This document shows, in pieces, positions 56,985 through 64,000 of a stretch of 64,000 nucleotides of DNA. The notes under the pieces are model-generated. The model did not search any database and was not told where the DNA came from. It saw nothing but the letters and a program-made list of their open reading frames with translations. Origin of the DNA: Vulcanimicrobiota bacterium (GTDB lineage: Bacteria; Vulcanimicrobiota; Xenobia; Xenobiales; JADMJV01); the NCBI GenBank assembly GCA_050250895.1, contig JBFWNU010000001.1, positions 416,001-480,000 of the forward strand, written 5' to 3'. Made by a program: the position numbers and the translations under genes. Each line of letters opens with the position of its first letter. Positions within the stretch are counted from its first letter, which is position 1.

Positions 56985-57074
56985 CCGCCGGGTCAAACTC
57001 GACCAGAGCTTCCAGGTCACCGTCGAGTAAGCTGCCTGCCGATCGCCGCCCAGGCCATCGGCGGCCTCGCCGCG
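56985..57074 (+). repeat. 90 bp direct repeat, copy 2
   Basis: See 56362-56451. Confidence 0.92.
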
Positions 57075-57079
57075 CCAGG

Positions 57080-57293
57080 GTTACGACGCGAAGCGTCGAG
57101 TACCTCAAGAACTCGAGGTGAGCCTAAGCGAACCTCGCTCCCTTCTCACGAGCAAAGCGAGTGCTCCCCTCTCACGAGCAGAGCGAGTGCTCCCTTCTCA
57201 CGAGCAAAGCGAGTGCTCCCTTCTCACGAGCAAAGCGAGTGCTCCCCTCTCACGAGCAGAGCGAGTGCTCCCTTCTCACGAGCAAAGCGAGTG
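57080..57293. repeat. Shared ~64 bp core followed by six 26 bp hairpin modules
   Basis: Core GTTACGACGCGAAGCGTCGAGTACCTCAAGAACTCGAGGTGAGCC(A/T)AAGCGAACCTCGCTCCCT also occurs at 12412 and 12636. Six copies of CTCCC(T/C)TCTCACGAGCA(A/G)AGCGAGTG span 57138-57293 in the order ABAABA. Confidence 0.92.
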
Positions 57294-57296
57294 CTG

Positions 57297-57953
57297 CTAG
57301 GCGACCGAGCGCAGCGCCGGAGCGGCGGCGGGGGGAAAGGTGAGCGAGAGGCGGGCTCCGCCGAGTTCGGACTCCTCCTGGTGAGCCGTCGCGCCATGCT
57401 CGTTGAGAATCTCCTCGAGGCCGTAAAGGGTCGAGTGGCGGGTACTGTCGACGATCAGTACCGGGTGACCGTCGAGGTGATGGAGCTGAACCGAGACCAT
57501 GGCCGCCCCCAGGCCGCATTTTTCGCCGGCCCGCAGGATGACCTGAGAGAGTAGCTGGCGCAACTCATTGGTGACACCCTGGATCCGCAGGTCGGGGTCG
57601 ACCTCGCAGACCAGGCTGGTGCAGCTTCGCTTGAGGGTGGGTCGAACCATGGCCACGGTCTCTTCCACCAGCATCGAAAGGTTGACCTCGGTGACCGCGT
57701 CGCGTTCCCGGCTAAAGTCGACCACCGCTTCCAGCAGGTCGCCAAGTTCGATCAGCATAGTGTTGGCATGCTCGAGGGCCGACTGCAAAGGCCCTTCCTC
57801 TTCGTCGAGCATCAGGCCGATGCGGTCGAGCGACAGGGTAGCTTTGCAAAGCCGATTACGGGCGTCGTGGACGAGCCCCTCCGACAGAAGTCCCAGCAAC
57901 GAAAGCCTTTGCTGATGGCGTCCCGAGGTGAAATTGCCGTGTTTCGCTCCCAT
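57297..57953 (-). CDS. Degenerate histidine-kinase-like protein (HisKA His kept, ATP-binding boxes lost)
   Basis: GLVHDARNRL H-box; ELRQLLSQVILRA in place of the N-box; no DxGxG or GxGL. Confidence 0.7.
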   Translation of the reverse strand: MGAKHGNFTSGRHQQRLSLLGLLSEGLVHDARNRLCKATLSLDRIGLMLDEEEGPLQSALEHANTMLIELGDLLEAVVDFSRERDAVTEVNLSMLVEETVAMVRPTLKRSCTSLVCEVDPDLRIQGVTNELRQLLSQVILRAGEKCGLGAAMVSVQLHHLDGHPVLIVDSTRHSTLYGLEEILNEHGATAHQEESELGGARLSLTFPPAAAPALRSVA

Positions 57954-58036
57954 GGTGACCAACCTTTCCTAGCCCGATGGTAGCGGTCCGGGCTCTCCGG
58001 GACGGTCAACAAACCCGGTCAGGATATTGCTAGTTT

Positions 58037-59941
58037 CTAAAGATTTTGCACGCCACTTGTTAACACGGCCAACAAGATCAGGAACACGAAGAAGGCCGCT
58101 CCGGCCTGGGCGGCCGCCAGATAGCGCTTCTTGATCAGGTAGAAAGCCGCAAAGCCAGGGCAGCCGAGCGTCATGAAGATCAGTGTGAGGTAGCCCGCCA
58201 GCAGCGGCGAGCCTCCCACCTGCGCAAAGCCGATGGCCGACACGGTCGCGCCCAGAGCCCCCAGGAAGAAAGCGGCGATTCCGACCCACCATCCCCACCA
58301 CAATCGAAAACCTGACTCAGCCGCCGGCGGTTGCGTGGGTGCCGGGGCGGGCGGGGTTTCGACCATCGGTTTGGTCTGGGCGGCCACAGCCGGCTGGGGA
58401 GTAAGCTTGGGCTGGCTGGCCGGGGGGGTCGGCATCGGCGCCGTGACCGCCGGTCGAACCGGGCTGGCCTGGGGCGCTGCCGGTGGCGCCGCCGGGGCGT
58501 TCGGCAACACCGCTTCGTAGACCACCACCTTGTCCCGGTTGGTGCCGATGTGACGATACTCGGCCAGATGCCGGGTCAACTCCATGGTTGCCTGGCTGAC
58601 GTGGATGCCGCCAACCGGGCAGTCTTTCTCGAGGTGGCCGGCGTGGTCGACGGTGCGGCTGGCGAACTCGCCTAGTGAACGCCGAGGGTCCACATAGACC
58701 TCGCCGGTGTTGATGCCGATGCGGCATTTGAGGCTGCCCGGCAACTGTTGATGACGTTGGCCCACCTCGGCGATAGTGGTCTGGATCTCGAGGGCCGCAT
58801 TGACCGCCTGATCGGCCGTGTCGAACAGACAGATGGCCCCATCGCCGGCCCAATCAAAACGCTGGCAGCCGTATTTCTTGAGAATGTCATTGATAGTCGA
58901 ACGATAGTCGCGAAAGGCGCGATCGGCAATCAGGGTCTGATTGGGAATCTTGATGGCCGACGAGCCGGCCAGATCGACCATCAGCACCGACAGCACCTTT
59001 TTGAAACCCTGGTCGATGGCTTCGCGCACCATCTCGTTGGCCCGAATGGCGTCATCCATGCTGACCTGGCCCTCGGCCACCGAGCGCAAGAAGTTGTCGA
59101 GCGAAGACTGGGCCTCGTGCATGCCCGCCGCCTCGAGCAGGGCCTGGCGCATGACGTTGGCGTCGGTATAGCGCCGCTCGGGCAGCTTTTCGAGAGCCTT
59201 GAGGATGGCCGAACCGAGGGCGGCCGGGATCTCGGGGTTGTATTCGCAGGGGTTGGGGGCGAAATCCATGATGTGGGCCTTCATCACCTCGGGCATGGTG
59301 TCGCCGCGAAAGGGCTGGACCCCGGTCAACATCTCGTAGAGCACCAGACCGGCCGCGTAAAGATCGGCGCGATGATCGATCCCTTTGCCCTCGAACTGCT
59401 CGGGAGCCATGTACTCGGGGGTGCCGATCATCACGCCCGTGCGAGTCAGCTTGTCGCCATCCTTGATGTGAGCGATGGAAAAGTCGCTCAGGGCCACCTC
59501 TTCGGCTGACCGCAGCAACACGTTGGCCGGCTTGACGTCGCGATGGACGACGCCCTTCTGGTGAGCGTGATAGAGGGCTTGCAACACCTGGTCCATGATC
59601 TTGATCCCCAGCCGCACCGAGACCTTGCCCTCGCGATTGAGCAGCTCGCGCAGGTCTTTCTCGCTGACATACTCCATGACGATGAAGTAGCGGCCGTCGC
59701 GCGAGTCGGCGTCGACGATCGACACGATGTTGGGATGGCGAAGACCGGCGGCCACTCGCCCCTCGCGCTTGAAGCGCTCGACGAACTGCGGGTCGCGAGT
59801 AAACTCGGGAGCCAGCACCTTGATGGCCAGATCGCGCCCCAGCGATTCTTGATGAGCCAGAAACACGGTGCCCATGGCCCCCCGCCCGAGCTCACGAACC
59901 ACCTTATAATTGCCGATATAGGCGGGGAGTTCCGGTTCCAT
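58037..59941 (-). CDS. Ser/Thr kinase fused to class III cyclase-like domain, Pro-rich linker and C-terminal TM helices
   Basis: LGRGAMG, AIK, HRDVKPAN, DFS, GTPEYMAPE; then VLMVDLAGSS, WAGDG, CRIGINTGEV; 3 TM at the end. Confidence 0.88.
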   Translation of the reverse strand: MEPELPAYIGNYKVVRELGRGAMGTVFLAHQESLGRDLAIKVLAPEFTRDPQFVERFKREGRVAAGLRHPNIVSIVDADSRDGRYFIVMEYVSEKDLRELLNREGKVSVRLGIKIMDQVLQALYHAHQKGVVHRDVKPANVLLRSAEEVALSDFSIAHIKDGDKLTRTGVMIGTPEYMAPEQFEGKGIDHRADLYAAGLVLYEMLTGVQPFRGDTMPEVMKAHIMDFAPNPCEYNPEIPAALGSAILKALEKLPERRYTDANVMRQALLEAAGMHEAQSSLDNFLRSVAEGQVSMDDAIRANEMVREAIDQGFKKVLSVLMVDLAGSSAIKIPNQTLIADRAFRDYRSTINDILKKYGCQRFDWAGDGAICLFDTADQAVNAALEIQTTIAEVGQRHQQLPGSLKCRIGINTGEVYVDPRRSLGEFASRTVDHAGHLEKDCPVGGIHVSQATMELTRHLAEYRHIGTNRDKVVVYEAVLPNAPAAPPAAPQASPVRPAVTAPMPTPPASQPKLTPQPAVAAQTKPMVETPPAPAPTQPPAAESGFRLWWGWWVGIAAFFLGALGATVSAIGFAQVGGSPLLAGYLTLIFMTLGCPGFAAFYLIKKRYLAAAQAGAAFFVFLILLAVLTSGVQNL

Positions 59942-60021
59942 CTCGTTTAAGGAATACGCCTTCGGCCGGGCTACGCCTGCCGCGGCGAGGCATTGGCGCC
60001 GGGCGAGGCGAAACGGGGCCG

Positions 60022-61434
60022 ATGCAAAACCTCGACATGCCCCGCGAAGAGTTTGTGGCCCAGGCCCGCCGGTTGGCGGATTGGATCGGGGACTATCTAG
60101 ACGATTCGCAACGATATCCGGTGCTGCACCAGGTCGCGCCCGGCGAGATTGCCGCCGGCCAGCCGCGCGAGTGCCCCCAGACGGGTTGTTCTATGCAAGA
60201 GATTCTCGATGACTTCGAGCGCCAGCTCATGCCCGGGCTTACTCACTGGAATCACCCCCGCTTCTTCGCTTACTTCTCGATTTCGGCCAGCGCACCCGGA
60301 GTGCTGGCCGACTTCCTCTCTTCGGCCCTCAACCAGCAGGCGATGTTGTGGCGCACCTCTCCGGCCGCCACCGAACTCGAGCAGGTGGCTCTGGCCTGGT
60401 TGGCTCAGATGATGGGCTTGCCGGCCTGGGAGGGGGTCATCTATGACACCGCCAGCGTGTCCACCTTGCACGCCCTGGCCGCCGCCCGCGAAGTGGTCTG
60501 CCCCGATGTCCGGCAACAGGGCTTCAGCGGCCCGCCGCTGCGGGTGTATTGCTCGGATCAGACTCACAACTCCATCGACAAAGCCGTGATTTTGCTGGGG
60601 ATGGGTCTCGACAACCTGCGCAAGATCCCCAGCGATGACGAGTTTCGCATGCGGCCCGAAGCGTTGGCTGCGGCCATCGAAGAAGACCTGGCGGCCGGCT
60701 ATCGACCGTGCGCGGTGGTGGCCACCGTCGGCACCACCTCGACCAGCAGCCTGGATCCGGTCGAGGCTATCGCCGACCTTTGCGCCCGCCACAAGCTGTG
60801 GCTGCATGTCGATGCCGCCTATGGGGGTGCGGCCGCCCTGGCCCCCGAGTTCCAACCGCTTTTCAAAGGCTGGGAACGAGCCGACTCGCTGGTGGTCAAC
60901 CCCCACAAGTGGATGTTCGTCCCCTTTGACCTGTCGGTGCTCTATTGCCGGGATATGGACATCTTGAGGCGAGCCTTCTCGCTGGTAGCCGAGTATCTCA
61001 AGACCAGCGACGGCCAAGTGAAGAACCTGATGGACACGGGAATACAGCTAGGCCGGCGCTTCCGCTCGCTCAAGCTGTGGATGATCTTGCGCTACTTCGG
61101 CCGCGACGGAATGGCCGAGCGCATCCGCTCTCACATCGCCATGGCCCGCCAATTGGCCGAATGGATTGACGAGCATCCCCAATTCGAACGCACCGCTCCC
61201 ACCCCGCTGAGCCTGGTCTGCTTTCGAGCCGTGCCCGCAGGCCTCACCGGCCCCGAAGTGGACGCCTTCAACCTCGACCTGATGGAACGCCTCAACGCCA
61301 CAGGCGAGATCTTCCTATCCCACACCAAGCTCAAAGAGCGCATCAGCCTGAGGCTGGCTATCGGAAACATCCGCACCAGGCCCGAGCACATTCGCCAGGC
61401 CTGGGAGGCCATTACCCAGGCGGCTAAGGGGTGA
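60022..61434 (+). CDS. Group II PLP-dependent decarboxylase (aromatic-L-amino-acid decarboxylase-like)
   Basis: THWNHPRFFAYF, SPAATELE, ATVGTT, WLHVDAAYGG, NPHKW, LGRRFRSLKLW. Confidence 0.93.
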   Translation: MQNLDMPREEFVAQARRLADWIGDYLDDSQRYPVLHQVAPGEIAAGQPRECPQTGCSMQEILDDFERQLMPGLTHWNHPRFFAYFSISASAPGVLADFLSSALNQQAMLWRTSPAATELEQVALAWLAQMMGLPAWEGVIYDTASVSTLHALAAAREVVCPDVRQQGFSGPPLRVYCSDQTHNSIDKAVILLGMGLDNLRKIPSDDEFRMRPEALAAAIEEDLAAGYRPCAVVATVGTTSTSSLDPVEAIADLCARHKLWLHVDAAYGGAAALAPEFQPLFKGWERADSLVVNPHKWMFVPFDLSVLYCRDMDILRRAFSLVAEYLKTSDGQVKNLMDTGIQLGRRFRSLKLWMILRYFGRDGMAERIRSHIAMARQLAEWIDEHPQFERTAPTPLSLVCFRAVPAGLTGPEVDAFNLDLMERLNATGEIFLSHTKLKERISLRLAIGNIRTRPEHIRQAWEAITQAAKG

Positions 61435-62224
61435 AGTTGGCGGTGCCGAACTGCCCGTTGGTGCGAACCACGACCACCCGATAAGCCGCGTTGGTGGCCA
61501 GATTGGGCTCGATATTGGCCGTCAGCAAAGTGGCTCCGGCCGGCTGCGGTCCGTGCATGATGGGCGAGTTGAGCGCGTCGTTGGTCACCGAACTCGCCCC
61601 CCAGACCAGCCTTTCGCTGCCGTCGGCCGCGATCCGCAAGACCGAGATGTCGCGCACCGGTCCGCCGGTAAAAGTGTAGGTGGGAGTGGTCCCGGGACCG
61701 GCCGTCACGGTGATGCCGCCGGCCGGGTTGGCGGCCGGGGCCAGGTTGACCCCGGTGAAGTCGACCCCCGCCGACACGCCTTCGCCGATGAGGGAATAGG
61801 TCGTTCCGTCGATCACGGTGGTCTGACCCTGAATGACCGGCACGTTGCTGGCGCGAGCTCGGCCCACTTCGGTGGCGTTGGCGTCAAGAGCCAGGGCCAG
61901 AATATCGTAGGTGCCGGTGGGGACGTCCGAAATGGTCAGGTTCTGGTCGAACTGAGTGAAGGTCCTGGCGACGGTTACCGGATTGATGACGTCGAAGTCG
62001 GTGCCTCCGGTCGAACTGACCACCCGCACCTGATACTGGCTGGCCTGAATAAAGCGGCCATGGGCGCCGGCGTCCTGAAACTGTAGCTGCACAGCCCCTA
62101 CGGGAGGCGCGCCGACATTCAAGAGCCCGAAAGAGTCCTTGACCCCATCCTCGGAGTCGCCGGTAGAGCAGCCCGCCAGACAGAGGGCGAAAAGAAGCAC
62201 GAAGATGCGAAGCGGAAATCTCAT
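61424..62224 (-). CDS. Lipoprotein with beta-rich (Ig-like) domains
   Basis: Lipobox LAGC; ISDVPTGTYDILALA. Confidence 0.8.
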   Translation of the reverse strand: MRFPLRIFVLLFALCLAGCSTGDSEDGVKDSFGLLNVGAPPVGAVQLQFQDAGAHGRFIQASQYQVRVVSSTGGTDFDVINPVTVARTFTQFDQNLTISDVPTGTYDILALALDANATEVGRARASNVPVIQGQTTVIDGTTYSLIGEGVSAGVDFTGVNLAPAANPAGGITVTAGPGTTPTYTFTGGPVRDISVLRIAADGSERLVWGASSVTNDALNSPIMHGPQPAGATLLTANIEPNLATNAAYRVVVVRTNGQFGTANFTP

Positions 62225-62245
62225 GCGGCCCCGCTTCGGGTGCTC

Positions 62246-62782
62246 TTAGAGGATCCCTTCCGGCTCAAAACGTGCTCTCCAGGCATCGAAAGTGACCAGG
62301 TTCTGAGGCCCATGGCGTCCCAGGCGGCGCCGCACCTCCTCTACCTCGAGTGCGCCCGACCCCTTACTGTAGAACTTGTCGGCGTAGGCGATGATCTGCT
62401 CTTCGAGGCTGACCGGTCGCATATCTCGGAGCGGCAACGGCAGGCCCTGTCTTTCGATCTCCTCGGCCGTCAGACCGGTGCCCACGTGGCGCTCGCACAC
62501 CAATCCGTGGCGGGGATAGCCCTCTTGTTCGAGCAGCTCGCGACCGAGGATACCGTGGCGCATGTAGTGCTCGGGCCCGTGGCAACCGATGCCCGGGGCG
62601 TGGGTCTTGAAGACCCCCAGGTCGTGGAGCATCCCTGCCTCTTCGATGAAGCGCAAGTCGGCGCCCATTCTCTGGCCGATAGCCAGAGCGCGGTCGGTAA
62701 CGGCCCGCGAATGCTCGACCAGAATGGCATAGGCCGGATCCTCGGGGCGGTAGTATTTATGCAGGATCGCCAGTGGATCCAT
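62246..62782 (-). CDS. HD/HDIG-domain phosphohydrolase
   Basis: EHSRAV, MLHDLG, RHG..G, ERHVG, IAYADKF. Confidence 0.88.
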   Translation of the reverse strand: MDPLAILHKYYRPEDPAYAILVEHSRAVTDRALAIGQRMGADLRFIEEAGMLHDLGVFKTHAPGIGCHGPEHYMRHGILGRELLEQEGYPRHGLVCERHVGTGLTAEEIERQGLPLPLRDMRPVSLEEQIIAYADKFYSKGSGALEVEEVRRRLGRHGPQNLVTFDAWRARFEPEGIL

Positions 62783-63998
62783 GGGCCTTCAGGGCCGAAA
62801 CCAGGGCAGCCCCGGCCAGGTAAGCGTGTTGGTAACCTTGCTCGAGTTGGCCTCGGCTGGCGGCTGCACACGCCCGATAGGAAAGCTCGGTGGGTGGTTG
62901 CTCTTCGAGCACCTTGCCCAGCACGGCGTCGACGGCCCCGGCCAGAGAGCCTAACTTGAGCACCTCGAGGGCGGCCTGGCGCCCGCTGCGAGCCATGGCC
63001 TCGAGGCCCCGCGACTGGAGCGTCTGGGCGGCCTGCTCTAAGGCCGGCCGGTCGGGCTCGGTCAGGACTTTTACAATCTGGGCCCGGGTCTCGGCCAGAA
63101 TCTCCAGGTGAGAACCCTCGATATGGGGGTCGACTCCGCCCAGTTGGGCCGCCACCTGCACCATCTCGTGCATCAATTCGAAGCAGCCAGGGTCGGTGGC
63201 CTTGAGCTTGTCGGGCTCGTAATAATAGTGGGCGATCCCTTCGGCCACATACTCGCGCGGATTGGCCCGGGCGTAGGGGGTGATGGCCCTTTGAGGATCA
63301 CCCCGCATCTGGTGAAAGGCCCGCAGGAGCCGGGTCTTCCAGCCTTTGTACCAATCGGGAGCCTTCTCTTCGAGAATCCAATCGACGGCGTGGGCAAACT
63401 CATGAACGGCCGTCTTGTCGGTCGGGTCCAGACAGCGGTCGCGGACCAGAATGTTCTTGCTGAGCAGATACTCGCCATTGAGGTCATAGTCGACATCGGC
63501 CGAAGGGTCGACCCAGCGGTCCACGATGTGGCCTTCACGCCCTTGCCACAGGCTCAGGGCCTCGAAGTCGTAGTTGTCGAGCAAGCGCCGATCCGATGGC
63601 GGTCCGGCCAGGTAGACGCCGGGCATGAGGAGGGTGTGCTTGAGGCTGTCGACGGGAATCAGTTCGGGCCGTTCTTGCCACTGACCGAGCACTTGCTGAA
63701 GAAACTCGGGACGTTCGGCCAATCGCGAGCGGGTGGCCTCGATGGTCTCCTGGCGAGCCTCTTCGAGACGAGGCCCGTTGATGGCCTCGGTCAACTCGAA
63801 GAAGGCCTTCTTTTCGGCCGGCGAGTCGCAGCCATGAGCGATGGCCATGCCTTCCAGGGCAACCGCCTCCTGGCTCAGCAGCGAATCGGGTGGCAGGTCG
63901 GGCCGCAAAACCTGAAACGATTTGGGGCTGTAGACAGCCATGTCAAAACCCGCTTCGGTGAGCCAGTTGTGAAGCCTGACCCGATAGGCCTGGCGAGC
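62757..63998 (-). CDS. Zincin metallopeptidase (ATLF/M34- or MtfA/M90-like), probably 5' partial at the window edge
   Basis: AVHEFAHAVD and YARANPREYVAEG. The frame stays open upstream of ATG 63941 to the window end (ARQAYRVRLHNWLTEAGFD-M). Confidence 0.75.
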   Translation of the reverse strand, partial: ARQAYRVRLHNWLTEAGFDMAVYSPKSFQVLRPDLPPDSLLSQEAVALEGMAIAHGCDSPAEKKAFFELTEAINGPRLEEARQETIEATRSRLAERPEFLQQVLGQWQERPELIPVDSLKHTLLMPGVYLAGPPSDRRLLDNYDFEALSLWQGREGHIVDRWVDPSADVDYDLNGEYLLSKNILVRDRCLDPTDKTAVHEFAHAVDWILEEKAPDWYKGWKTRLLRAFHQMRGDPQRAITPYARANPREYVAEGIAHYYYEPDKLKATDPGCFELMHEMVQVAAQLGGVDPHIEGSHLEILAETRAQIVKVLTEPDRPALEQAAQTLQSRGLEAMARSGRQAALEVLKLGSLAGAVDAVLGKVLEEQPPTELSYRACAAASRGQLEQGYQHAYLAGAALVSALKAHGSTGDPA

Positions 63999-64000
63999 TT

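Noticed and set aside
56362-57074. Diversity-generating retroelement VR/TR pair
   Set aside because: The single difference is C/G rather than adenine-specific, the repeat spans the stop codon and 3' flank, and no reverse transcriptase is present.
57138-57293. CRISPR array (26 bp repeats)
   Set aside because: Contiguous tandem copies without spacers.
56394-57554. ORFs over the 123 bp and 26 bp repeats
   Set aside because: Open in multiple frames on both strands, and a 1 bp indel in the third unit switches frame, arguing against coding selection.
1-64000. Prophage, IS transposase, integrase, rRNA
   Set aside because: No ORF with DDE, HUH, tyrosine/serine recombinase or phage structural motifs was recognised, and there is no rRNA-like sequence. 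The many long antisense ORFs are expected shadows in high-GC DNA.

Overview
A 64 kb, GC-rich, gene-dense bacterial chromosome segment. It contains no rRNA, tRNA, CRISPR array, transposase or integrase that I can support. The gene style (many Ser/Thr kinases and lineage-specific exported proteins) would fit a poorly characterised lineage such as Ca. Eremiobacterota, but that is an impression only. Housekeeping genes include argH, hrpB, mobB, an acyl-CoA thioesterase, a group II PLP decarboxylase and an HD hydrolase. The main observations are as follows. (1) A dispersed envelope-glycosylation system: four ~860-915 aa paralogous GT-C-like membrane proteins with shared motifs, two degenerate paralogues each translationally coupled to a full-length copy, two polyprenol-phosphate-sugar-synthase-like GT2s with a TxD instead of DxD motif, a Wzx-like flippase and two methyltransferases, one fused to Trm112. 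(2) A signalling cluster: XRE, Crp, exported WD40-caspase, CHASE2 class III cyclase and a DUF928-like protein. (3) A non-coding repeat family built from a shared ~64 bp core followed by arrays of constant linker plus variable GNA/AAA-loop mini-hairpins, present at two loci 45 kb apart. At the second locus it lies next to a 90 bp duplication of a gene 3' end that brackets a 123 bp tandem repeat. (4) A PqqD/RRE domain fused to a Tat-like signal and a 22-Cys tail, divergent from a transglutaminase-like lipoprotein and a DNRLRE protein. (5) A Ser/Thr kinase fused to a non-canonical cyclase, and a ChpT-like pseudo-histidine kinase. All family calls come from motif recognition by eye, not from database searches.
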